Below the pieces are notes generated by a model. The model made no database searches. It saw nothing but the letters and a program-made list of their open reading frames with translations, and had not been told where the DNA came from. Position numbers and translations under genes: made by a program. A stretch of DNA of 32,634 bases, taken from the IMG/VR virus record IMGVR_UViG_3300037222_000050, positions 1-32,634 of that record; one strand, given 5' to 3'. This DNA comes from a virus (lineage: Duplodnaviria; Caudoviricetes). This document shows positions 1 to 7,792 of the stretch, piece by piece (within the stretch, counting starts at the first letter, position 1; each line of letters starts with the position of its first letter).

Positions 1-2
1 AA

Positions 3-68
3 GGCGTCGTCGCTGGCATTCGCGCAGCGATCAGCATTGTGAAGAACGAAGTTGGCATAGGGAGCTAA
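3..68 (+). CDS. 3' end of an upstream gene truncated by the window edge (GVVAGIRAAISIVKNEVGIGS*)
   Basis: Open frame from the edge to TAA at 66-68, two bases before the next ATG; contains the GGAG SD for the gene at 71. Confidence 0.35.
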   Translation, partial: GVVAGIRAAISIVKNEVGIGS

Positions 69-70
69 TC

Positions 71-841
71 ATGCGAGGAATCCTCCTAGCCGGCGGCCTC
101 GGCACTCGCCTCGGCGAGCTAACCGCGAACGGCCGCAACAAGCACACGCTGGACGTAGGCGGCAAGCCGATGCTGGCACACCCGCTGAAGGTGCTGCTCG
201 ACAACGGCTGCGAGCACATAACCGTCGTGTCGAGTGCGGACGGCCTAGACCAAATCCGCAGCGTGATATGGTCCGCGACGGATGACCTTATCCGCGAAAA
301 CATCGCCAACAACGGCAAGCTGATTTACTTCAGTTTCGCAGAGCAAAGGACGCCCGGCGGCATCGCCGACGCTCTGAAGTGTGCGGAGATCCCCGGCAAC
401 GTCGATCCGGTGCTGGTGATTCTGGGTGACAACGTGTTTGTGCCGAGCCCGATACTTAAAGATGGCGAGCGGAACGAGCGTGGGGCTCGATGCTTCCTCT
501 ACGAAGCGAAAGACTTGTCTGGATTTGGCGTGCCGGAGTTCGCTTGGTCGATCGACTATGCTGGCCGCAAGACTCGGTTATCGAGGATAGCACGAGTAGT
601 TGAGAAGCCAGTCACTCCGCCATCGGAGTTCGCCGTGTGCGGCCTGTACCTGTTCGGTGGTGGCGTATGGTCCGCCTTGAAGTCGCTGACGCCTGGGCCA
701 CGTGGCGAGCTGGAGATAACTGACTTGCTTGATATGTACGCAATGGCGAACATGCTGAACTGGTCGCTGGTGCGAGGCTTCTGGGGCGATGCGGGGACGC
801 CGGAGGGGATGGCGGAGTGTGCGGGGGCGGTGAAATCTTGA
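71..841 (+). CDS. rfbA: Glucose-1-phosphate thymidylyltransferase-like sugar-phosphate nucleotidyltransferase
   Basis: GILLAGGLGTRL..T....K signature, EQ..P.GIADA, LGDN, VEKP, GLYLF, RGELEITD, WGDAGT; GGAG SD at 61-64. Confidence 0.9.
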   Translation: MRGILLAGGLGTRLGELTANGRNKHTLDVGGKPMLAHPLKVLLDNGCEHITVVSSADGLDQIRSVIWSATDDLIRENIANNGKLIYFSFAEQRTPGGIADALKCAEIPGNVDPVLVILGDNVFVPSPILKDGERNERGARCFLYEAKDLSGFGVPEFAWSIDYAGRKTRLSRIARVVEKPVTPPSEFAVCGLYLFGGGVWSALKSLTPGPRGELEITDLLDMYAMANMLNWSLVRGFWGDAGTPEGMAECAGAVKS

Positions 842-1863
842 GATATGCAACGCTATGCTCTGGAATCGAAGGCTTCGGCCTCGGATTCGACCGTGCCGGT
901 ATGGAATGCGTTTTCCAGTGCGAAGCCAACAAGCAAGCCCTGAGCGTGTTGAGGCGGCACTATCCCAAAGTGCCGAAAACAGAGGACGTGAACGATGACC
1001 GCACTGAGTCAGAGCTTGTTCGACTTCGGCCCGACGTTATCGCCTTCGGATCACCCTGCCAAGATTTGTCAGTCGCAGGCAAGCGTGGTGGCCTTGCTGG
1101 AAAGCGATCAGGTCTTTTCTTCCGATGCGTGGAGCTGTGTTTTGCGTGCGAAGCCGAGCGGGTTGTCTGGGAGAACGTCCCTGGTGTTTTCAGCAGCGCA
1201 AAAGGACAGGACTTTGCCAGCGTCCTTGAAGCGTTTACAGGATTCCGCCCTACGGTCCCGAAAGAAGGCTGGTGCGATACCGGCGTCTGTGTCGGCCCGC
1301 TCTATTCCGTCACTTGGGCTGTGCTGGACTCGCAATGGTTCGGACTTGCGCAGCGGCGCAGTCGCGTGTTCCTTGTCGCAGATTTTGGAAAAAGGGGCCG
1401 TCCCTACGAAGTATTATCTCTCGGCGAAAGCCTGCCGTGGAATCTTGCGCCGAGCCGAGAAGCGGGGGAAATCGCTCCCCAATCGATTGCACCGAGCCTT
1501 AGCGCAAGTGGCAGAGGAACATCACGGTCCGGAGAATCAAGAGGCCAAGACTGTGTGATACCGATGGGCGAAGAACACACACACACACAGCAACCGACAT
1601 GCCACACGAACGACGTGGCGAAGGCACTCACGACCGGAGGTTACTTTGACGGGGAGACGGAGACGTTCATCGCGGACGATTACATTGCTGGAGCGAAACA
1701 AGGAGTGCGAAGATTATTGCCCGTCGAATGCGAGCGCCTACAGGGATTTCCAGACGGCTGGACCGAGCCGCTTTCCGATAGTGCCAGGTACAGAGTCCTC
1801 GGAAACGCCGTAAGCGTACCCGTGGCGATGTGGATTGGCAAACGTATTATGGCGGTGAATTAA
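838..1863 (+). CDS. DNA (cytosine-5)-methyltransferase
   Basis: Motif I LCSGIEG, catalytic GSPCQDLS, WENVPG, QRRSRVF, RRLLPVECERLQGFP, LGNAV; TTG start at 838 overlaps the upstream TGA. Confidence 0.92.
   Translation: MRYATLCSGIEGFGLGFDRAGMECVFQCEANKQALSVLRRHYPKVPKTEDVNDDRTESELVRLRPDVIAFGSPCQDLSVAGKRGGLAGKRSGLFFRCVELCFACEAERVVWENVPGVFSSAKGQDFASVLEAFTGFRPTVPKEGWCDTGVCVGPLYSVTWAVLDSQWFGLAQRRSRVFLVADFGKRGRPYEVLSLGESLPWNLAPSREAGEIAPQSIAPSLSASGRGTSRSGESRGQDCVIPMGEEHTHTQQPTCHTNDVAKALTTGGYFDGETETFIADDYIAGAKQGVRRLLPVECERLQGFPDGWTEPLSDSARYRVLGNAVSVPVAMWIGKRIMAVN
995..1558 (+). CDS. Nested +1-frame ORF within the C5-MTase; candidate beta-polypeptide (M.EcoHK31I-like arrangement)
   Basis: 187-aa stop-free frame with AGAGGA SD 8 nt before ATG 995; C-terminus SLSQILE...KYYLSAKACRGILRRAEKRGK.LP..L..AL resembles ORFs that recur inside phage C5-MTases. 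Confidence 0.65.
   Translation: MTALSQSLFDFGPTLSPSDHPAKICQSQASVVALLESDQVFSSDAWSCVLRAKPSGLSGRTSLVFSAAQKDRTLPASLKRLQDSALRSRKKAGAIPASVSARSIPSLGLCWTRNGSDLRSGAVACSLSQILEKGAVPTKYYLSAKACRGILRRAEKRGKSLPNRLHRALAQVAEEHHGPENQEAKTV
1575..1588 (+). repeat. (AC)7 dinucleotide tract in the C5-MTase variable region
   Basis: acacacacacacac read directly; encodes EHTHTQ. Confidence 0.85.
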
Positions 1864-1864
1864 G

Positions 1865-2083
1865 ATGCCTGACCACCTCCCCATACACGAAGAACTTCAC
1901 CGCCTGATCTTGCGTAAGCGGTGGATACGCTGGTCGCAGCGAAACTACAAGTTTGGCGATTACATGCTTTACGCGGGCGGCAAGATCGGCGGCCGGCACG
2001 TGATGTTATCCATGCGTCTGACGATGGCGAAGCCTACTTACGAACAGCGGAAATCTGAGGAGAAAGTGGAATGCGAATTTTAG
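1865..2083 (+). CDS. Hypothetical basic protein (72 aa)
   Basis: Fills the gap between the MTase stop and rfbB; no motif recognised. Confidence 0.5.
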   Translation: MPDHLPIHEELHRLILRKRWIRWSQRNYKFGDYMLYAGGKIGGRHVMLSMRLTMAKPTYEQRKSEEKVECEF

Positions 2084-3087
2084 TGACGGGTCACGTCGGA
2101 TTTATCGGCAGCCATTTCGTCAAGCATGTTTTGAGCGTTGACGACAAGGCCCAGATCATCGGCTTTAGCCGTTGCAGCGATCAAGGGAATCTTGCTCGCC
2201 TGCCGTTTTTTCATTCGGAGCGATTGACAACGGTCTACGGCGACTTGACTGACCCGCAATCCGTATCGGGGATATGCGAAGGCATCGACGTGGTGGTAAA
2301 CTTCGCCGCCAAGACGTTCGTGGACCACAGCTTGAAGGACGCCGGCCCGTTCATCCAGAGCAACATCATCGGTGCCGACAACCTGATGACGGACGCTACT
2401 CGGTACGGAGTCAAGCGGTTCGTGCAAGTGAGCACGGATGAGGTGTACGGCCAGATCCTGACTGGAGCGTACAAGGAAGACGCCTTGCTCAACCCCCGCA
2501 ACCCCTACGCATGGTCGAAAGCGTGTGCCGACCTCGACGCGATCCAGCGGCATCGTACCTACGGCTTCCCGGTCATCATCACGCGGACGGAGAACAACTT
2601 CGGCCCATGGCAGCATCGCCAGAAAGTCTTGCCGACGTTCGTACGTACGGCGTTGGCCGGCGAGCCGCTGCCGGTGTACGGGGACGGGCTGCACGTGCGT
2701 TGCTGGTTGCACGTGGAGGAGCACTGTCGGGCGATATGGCACTTGATTCAAATGCCCACCGAAATGCCGAAAGGAAATAAAAATTGGTCCGAGGATAATA
2801 TTCCTTGGATGAGTCCTGACAATCTTTTTGGGCAAGTCTTCCACGTCGCCGGCGAGCAAGAGCTGACTAACATCGACCTGGCCAAGCTGGTTCTCAAGAC
2901 GCTCGGCAAGCCCGAGACGCAGATCCGCTACGTGCCTGACCACAACATCCGGCCGGGCCATGATCGGCGGTACGCTCTGGATTGCAGCAAGCTGCGAGCG
3001 ACGGGGTTCGAGATCAAGCAGAATCTTGAGGAGCGGTTGGCGGAGGTGATTCTTTGGTATGCCAAAAATCCGGAGTGGACGCGATGA
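2071..3087 (+). CDS. rfbB: dTDP-glucose 4,6-dehydratase-like extended SDR
   Basis: TGHVGFIG, GDLTD, FAAKTFVD.S, STDEVYG, PRNPYAWSKA (YxxxK), NNFGPWQH, RPGHDRRYALD; GAGGAG SD at 2057-2062. Confidence 0.92.
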   Translation: MRILVTGHVGFIGSHFVKHVLSVDDKAQIIGFSRCSDQGNLARLPFFHSERLTTVYGDLTDPQSVSGICEGIDVVVNFAAKTFVDHSLKDAGPFIQSNIIGADNLMTDATRYGVKRFVQVSTDEVYGQILTGAYKEDALLNPRNPYAWSKACADLDAIQRHRTYGFPVIITRTENNFGPWQHRQKVLPTFVRTALAGEPLPVYGDGLHVRCWLHVEEHCRAIWHLIQMPTEMPKGNKNWSEDNIPWMSPDNLFGQVFHVAGEQELTNIDLAKLVLKTLGKPETQIRYVPDHNIRPGHDRRYALDCSKLRATGFEIKQNLEERLAEVILWYAKNPEWTR

Positions 3088-3299
3088 AGAATGATTCGCT
3101 TATTGCGGTGCTGGAGTTTTTGTTACAGGCCTGCCGCGAAGACAGAATTGTCCGTTTCGACATCAATCAAAATGTACTGAGCGAGAAGACAAGAAGAATT
3201 GCAATCTCAGCGGAGTTTAGTAACGAAACCGAGTTTTCCGGCCTGAGTAGTTTGGTCAAAGCCGCCTGCGCCATTGAAAATAAAAACGTGACGCGATGA
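3084..3299 (+). CDS. Hypothetical protein, tandem paralog 1 (71 aa)
   Basis: ATGA overlap with rfbB stop; shares ND.LIA.LE.L..A.RE.RIV and ETEFSGLSSLVK.ACAI with the next ORF. Confidence 0.65.
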   Translation: MKNDSLIAVLEFLLQACREDRIVRFDINQNVLSEKTRRIAISAEFSNETEFSGLSSLVKAACAIENKNVTR

Positions 3300-3538
3300 T
3301 GAATGATGCGTTGATCGCGATGCTGGAGGATTTGTGTCGAGCCGCGCGAGAAAATCGGATTGTCATGATACACCATGACCGACAAAGCGATGGAACAGGG
3401 ACAATAATTCACGCAATCAGATTAACAGTAAAACCAGAAACCGAGTTTTCTGGCCTGAGCAGTTTGGTCAAAGAAGCGTGTGCCATAGACTTGCAGGAGC
3501 GGTTGAAGATCGCGGCGCAAGCAGCAGATCCAAAATGA
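3296..3538 (+). CDS. Hypothetical protein, tandem paralog 2 (80 aa)
   Basis: ATGA overlaps at both ends; paralogous to 3084-3299. Confidence 0.65.
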   Translation: MMNDALIAMLEDLCRAARENRIVMIHHDRQSDGTGTIIHAIRLTVKPETEFSGLSSLVKEACAIDLQERLKIAAQAADPK

Positions 3539-4491
3539 CTCCAATCCACATACTCCTGCGACTCTACCCAGGCTACGGCCTCGGGGATGCCGTCCAGATG
3601 ACGAGCGTTCTCCGCCATTTGGCGAAACACCGCCCCCATTGGATCAACGACTACCAAGCCGACGCTGGCCGCCATTCCGCTGCCATCGGCCTGGTGAGGA
3701 ACGCCTTCACGTATGCGGACCCGCTGCCGTGCTCGAATTACGATAGAGAAATCGACATCGTTTTGTACGACCGTTTTTGCGGCTGGCCAGATCGCCCGAA
3801 CAGCCGCGTGACGAGCTGCTTGCACGAGCGGTTCGGAATCGAGTGGGATCGGGAGTGCTCTTCATACCAAGTAAATATCACGCCGGATGCGAAGCTGGCG
3901 GCATTGGAGTTTTTCGGCAGGCTCGATATTAACATCCTGTTGGATGAACGAACGAGGCCGCAAGGTAAAGTACCGGTTGTGGGCATTCACTACCAGGGAG
4001 ATTCCGCGAAAGACCGCAAGGATTTGACGCACGATCAAGCCGCGGAGATATGCCGGCACGTCTTGGCACTCGGCCGCATCCCGCTCCTGCTCGACTGGCG
4101 GAACACGAGCCCGCTGCCAGACCAGCAAACGATACACACGACAGGAAGGCTGGCCACGTCGTCAGTATGGGGCGGCGATGCCCAAATGAACTGCGCGATC
4201 ATCTCTCAGTGCGAAGCCTTCATCGGCATCGACAGCGGACCGGGCAAGTGCGCGTCGGCAACTAGCACTCCATCGCTGATCTGTTGGACGAAACAACATC
4301 CCGCTCTTTATCACGATCCATGCCCGCACACGACGCATCTGGTGCCGCACGATCATCGGGAGAATGAATTGCTCAAGGGGAATACGGCGGTAGCGGAGTT
4401 CTTTGAGCGGGAGTATAGATGGCGGAACTACGTCGGAGAAAAAGACTTGGTTTGTGAAGTGAAGAATTGGCTTACGGGGATTTTGAAATGA
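3535..4491 (+). CDS. Glycosyltransferase, GT9 (ADP-heptose heptosyltransferase)-like
   Basis: N-terminal GLGDAVQMTSVLRHL and C-terminal IISQCEAFIGIDSGP...A match GT9 patterns; ATG 3535 overlaps the upstream TGA. Confidence 0.75.
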   Translation: MTPIHILLRLYPGYGLGDAVQMTSVLRHLAKHRPHWINDYQADAGRHSAAIGLVRNAFTYADPLPCSNYDREIDIVLYDRFCGWPDRPNSRVTSCLHERFGIEWDRECSSYQVNITPDAKLAALEFFGRLDINILLDERTRPQGKVPVVGIHYQGDSAKDRKDLTHDQAAEICRHVLALGRIPLLLDWRNTSPLPDQQTIHTTGRLATSSVWGGDAQMNCAIISQCEAFIGIDSGPGKCASATSTPSLICWTKQHPALYHDPCPHTTHLVPHDHRENELLKGNTAVAEFFEREYRWRNYVGEKDLVCEVKNWLTGILK

Positions 4492-5327
4492 CCCTACCCA
4501 TCGACACCCTGATCGAACGTTCGCGAGCGAAGCGGCTCAAGATAGCCGTGGTCGGCGATACGATGACGGACGTGTACGTCCACGGGCAGCTCGGCGAGTG
4601 CCAGGAGGACTGCTACAAGTTCGTGGAGGAATCGCGCATGAGCGTTCCGGGCGGGGCAGCGAATGCAGTCCAAAGTCTGTTGCATTGGAACGTACTTCTT
4701 GCCGAGTTAGTGCAGCGAGGCACGTTGCCAGTAAAAACGCGATACGTTGTCAACGGTAAGTTCATGTGGCGACACGATCTTGAGCAAAACGACGCCTGTT
4801 TCGAAGCCGACCGCGAAGCAGCGATGTTTTACCTGAGAGAAAGTCCCGTCGATGCAATTCTTATTTCGGATTACGACAAAGGCTTCCTGACTCCCGACTT
4901 CATCCAAGAAATCATCAAGCTGGCGAACGATCGCGGCGTGCCGGTAGTGGCGGATGCGAAGCGGCCACCAGAAACGTATGCTGGCGCACTCCTGAAGGTA
5001 AACAAAGATTATTGCAGCCGATTGATTACTGGAACTTACGTCAAAAGAATGATCGTTACCAGAGGTGCAGAATCGCCGATCATGTTCGGGGATCGAAAAG
5101 AAGGGCTGTATGTCAGATTGAAGGAAAAAAATCCAGTACCGTGTGTCAACCACGTCGGTGCCGGCGATTGCTTCGCCGCTCATTTAACGCTGGCTCTGGC
5201 TCACAGCCTCTCGCTCGAAGATGCCGCTGCGATAGCTCACTCCGCAGGAAGATGCTACGTGCAACATCCCCACAATAGACCGCCGACGATTGAAGAGATT
5301 CGGGCGGATATGATTGGAGATGCATGA
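4488..5327 (+). CDS. PfkB-family kinase resembling the HldE/RfaE heptose-7-phosphate kinase domain (no adenylyltransferase domain)
   Basis: VVGDTMTDVYVHG, PGGAANA, KTRY, LISDYDKG.L, VTRGA, VGAGDCF. Confidence 0.85.
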   Translation: MTLPIDTLIERSRAKRLKIAVVGDTMTDVYVHGQLGECQEDCYKFVEESRMSVPGGAANAVQSLLHWNVLLAELVQRGTLPVKTRYVVNGKFMWRHDLEQNDACFEADREAAMFYLRESPVDAILISDYDKGFLTPDFIQEIIKLANDRGVPVVADAKRPPETYAGALLKVNKDYCSRLITGTYVKRMIVTRGAESPIMFGDRKEGLYVRLKEKNPVPCVNHVGAGDCFAAHLTLALAHSLSLEDAAAIAHSAGRCYVQHPHNRPPTIEEIRADMIGDA

Positions 5328-6373
5328 TGGTTTACCTGAAGGCACCGTTCCCATGGTTCGGCGGTAAGTCCGCCGTTGCCGACATCGTCTGGAGTCGATT
5401 CGGCGACGTGCCAAACTACACGGAACCGTTTTTTGGGAGCGGCGCGGTGTTACTCGGAAGACCGCATTCGCCGCATATCGAAACGGTCAACGACATCGAC
5501 GGTTACGTTGCTAATTTCTGGAGAGCGGTGAAAGCGGATCCAGAGAAAGTGGCGTTCTACGCCGATGCGCCGGTGAACGAAAACGACATGCACGCAAAGC
5601 ATGTTTGGCTGGTCAACCGCAAAGAAGGATTCGCGGCACAGCTCGACGCCGATCCTGAATTCTTCGATGCCAAAGTCGCCGGCTGGTGGGTGTGGGGCAT
5701 ATGCTGCTGGATTGGCTCCGGCTGGTGCAGCGGCAACGGACCGTGGCAGGTCGCAGAAATGCCAGACGGGACGCGCCAGCTTGTCCACCTGGGCAATGCG
5801 GGGATGGGCGTGAACCGCCAGCTTGTCCACCTGGGCAATGCGGGGATGGGCGTGAACCGCCAGCTTGTCCACCTGGGCGATGCGGGGAGGGGCGAACCGC
5901 AAGCGTGTGAAAATATTGGCATCCTCGAATGGATGCAGGCGTTAGCGAATCGCCTCAAGCATGTGCGCGTATGCTGCGGCGACTGGACGAGAGTGTGCGG
6001 TGGGAAATCTGGCGACTCTCTCAAGTTGTTTTTTGCTGGCGGCAATCTGTGTGGCGTATTTCTCGATCCTCCTTACGCGGATACGGCAGAGCGAACGAGC
6101 AACCTGTACTCGCACGATGATGAAAGTGTAGCGCACGCCGTCCGTGAGTGGGCCATAGCGCATGGCGACGATCCGAGAATAAGAATAGCTTTGTGCGGCT
6201 ATGAAGGCGAGCACACCATGCCGGATTCGTGGGAGTGCGTGCCTTGGAAAGCAAGAGGCGGGTACTCATCGCAAGGCATGAAGAACGGAGAGAATTGCAA
6301 AAAAGAGCGAATATGGTTCAGCCCGCATTGCCTAAACGAAGTGAATACGCCGCTGTTCGCTATGATTGAATAG
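5324..6373 (+). CDS. DNA N6-adenine methyltransferase, D12/Dam-like class
   Basis: FPWFGGKS, YTEPFFGSGAV, VNDID...NFW, FLDPPY, ERIWFSP. Confidence 0.88.
   Translation: MMVYLKAPFPWFGGKSAVADIVWSRFGDVPNYTEPFFGSGAVLLGRPHSPHIETVNDIDGYVANFWRAVKADPEKVAFYADAPVNENDMHAKHVWLVNRKEGFAAQLDADPEFFDAKVAGWWVWGICCWIGSGWCSGNGPWQVAEMPDGTRQLVHLGNAGMGVNRQLVHLGNAGMGVNRQLVHLGDAGRGEPQACENIGILEWMQALANRLKHVRVCCGDWTRVCGGKSGDSLKLFFAGGNLCGVFLDPPYADTAERTSNLYSHDDESVAHAVREWAIAHGDDPRIRIALCGYEGEHTMPDSWECVPWKARGGYSSQGMKNGENCKKERIWFSPHCLNEVNTPLFAMIE
5774..5896 (+). repeat. 42-bp in-frame tandem repeat, about 3 copies (RQLVHLGNAGMGVN)
   Basis: cgccagcttgtccacctgggcaatgcggggatgggcgtgaac exact at 5774 and 5816, degenerate at 5858. 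Confidence 0.95.
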
Positions 6374-6375
6374 CC

Positions 6376-7344
6376 TTACTCCATCCCCGACCCTAGCCCG
6401 CACCAAGCCGCCGGCGAAACGCCGCTGAGTGCGGGATGGATCGATCCTATCCCCGAAAGAATCCGGTATCCCTCTTGCAATGTAACCGCGATGCCGGTGA
6501 ACGTTCCTGACACGATTTGCCCTGAGAGAAACGAATTCTGCCATGTGCCAGCATTCGCCGGGGACACCAAGAGGAAAGCCGCGTTCGCGAATTCTTTGGC
6601 GAACGACGTATTTCCAGACGTGCCGGCGTCAGGAGCAGTCAGCAGGCCGTTGGCGGTAGTCGTGGCTCCGCCGTCCTCAACTCCATAGGGCAGGGAAGTC
6701 ACGTTCGTTACGTAAGTCAGAAATCCAGCAACGCCGCTAGCCAGTTCAAGAACCACGTCGGCAGTTGTGATGCCAACAGGCCCGTAGAACGTGCGGACTC
6801 GCCCCGAGATCGAAGCCGTGGCTGGCAAGTCGGCGGTGATGCCCTGAATGAGCGCAACGCCGTTGTAATAGGCATTCAGAGGATTGAGTGCATCCGTGCC
6901 GAGCGTAGCCACGGTTACTTGCACGATGCCGGTCTGCACGCTGATATTCTTGATCGTGCGGCCGCTGACTAGGCCGATAGAGGCATCCGTGCCAAGCGGA
7001 ATGCGCAAAATCGATGATAAACCGGAAGACGACGATACCGACAGCAAGCTGGATAGCGACGACGAGAATGATCCCGTGACGCAACACGTCGGCACGTAAA
7101 GCGGCAACCCCAGATAGCTGCCCACAAGCCGGCAATCGTAGATCGCCGGCGAAAGCGAGACGCCGTTGGGCTCCCAGCAGTAAGCCGGCTCGCGGTCGCG
7201 CAAGACGAGGTTGCCGGCATATTGCTGGGTGAGACAAGGATACACATTGCGGCCGACGGACGGAGCACTGACGCGGACGAGCTGGGGCAAGTCGGGATAG
7301 TCGGGGAGCGGCGGGAGTAGGAGCGGAGCGTTGAGGTTTTGCAT
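6376..7344 (-). CDS. Putative tail-associated virion protein; two domains joined by a Ser-rich linker
   Basis: 322 aa, last gene of the - strand run, TGATG overlap; SFSSSLSSLLSVSSSSGLSS linker, then a Gly/Thr/Ala beta-rich region. Confidence 0.55.
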   Translation of the reverse strand: MQNLNAPLLLPPLPDYPDLPQLVRVSAPSVGRNVYPCLTQQYAGNLVLRDREPAYCWEPNGVSLSPAIYDCRLVGSYLGLPLYVPTCCVTGSFSSSLSSLLSVSSSSGLSSILRIPLGTDASIGLVSGRTIKNISVQTGIVQVTVATLGTDALNPLNAYYNGVALIQGITADLPATASISGRVRTFYGPVGITTADVVLELASGVAGFLTYVTNVTSLPYGVEDGGATTTANGLLTAPDAGTSGNTSFAKEFANAAFLLVSPANAGTWQNSFLSGQIVSGTFTGIAVTLQEGYRILSGIGSIHPALSGVSPAAWCGLGSGME

Positions 7345-7532
7345 CAGTCGAACTCCGCGAGGCTTATTTTCAAAGCCTTACATATTTTACGAGCTGTCTC
7401 AAGGCTCGGCTTGCGAGTGCCTGCCTCTAGGTGATGAAGCATCGCACGCGAGAGGCCGGCCTTCGTCGCGAGGTTATCGACGGAGAGGCCGGCGGATTCG
7501 CGGATCGTGCGGAGACGTTTTTGCATGGTCAT
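7344..7532 (-). CDS. XRE/Cro-family helix-turn-helix regulator
   Basis: RLRTIRESAGLSVDNLATKAGLSRAMLHHLEAGTRKPSLETARKICKAL is a typical HTH_3 pattern; ATGA overlap. Confidence 0.9.
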   Translation of the reverse strand: MTMQKRLRTIRESAGLSVDNLATKAGLSRAMLHHLEAGTRKPSLETARKICKALKISLAEFD

Positions 7533-7792
7533 TGTGTTTTCGCCCATTGGTCGAAATCGGCCGCACGTTTTTCAATGTGCGTCGTGTCGCATGAAACGAG
7601 CGTGCGCCGACGTGCGCGACTGTTGGTTATCCAAGACAATCTGCGGCATTTGCCGCAGCGGTCGTAACCTGCAAGATGCGACATACTCAGTGCGAAGCCA
7701 AACGCCAAACGCGCGTCTGGTTCTGTTGGTGGAACCGCCGTTATGAGCGGCGACCATTCATGCACGCATTTTTTTACCCTAGCGATGGTCAT
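7529..7792 (-). CDS. Small hypothetical protein with CxHxW and CxxC (possible Zn ligands)
   Basis: Overlaps both neighbours; GAGGAG SD upstream; CVHEW and CGKC. Confidence 0.5.
   Translation of the reverse strand: MTIARVKKCVHEWSPLITAVPPTEPDARLAFGFALSMSHLAGYDRCGKCRRLSWITNSRARRRTLVSCDTTHIEKRAADFDQWAKTQ

Noticed and set aside
2080-2961. 293-aa antisense ORF
   Set aside because: Shadow of the rfbB-like gene in GC-rich DNA; no motifs
5774-5896. 42-bp repeats as a CRISPR array
   Set aside because: Head-to-tail with no spacers, in frame within a CDS, no cas genes
6360-6390. Terminator between the convergent operons
   Set aside because: Stops are 2 nt apart and no hairpin plus U-tract is evident
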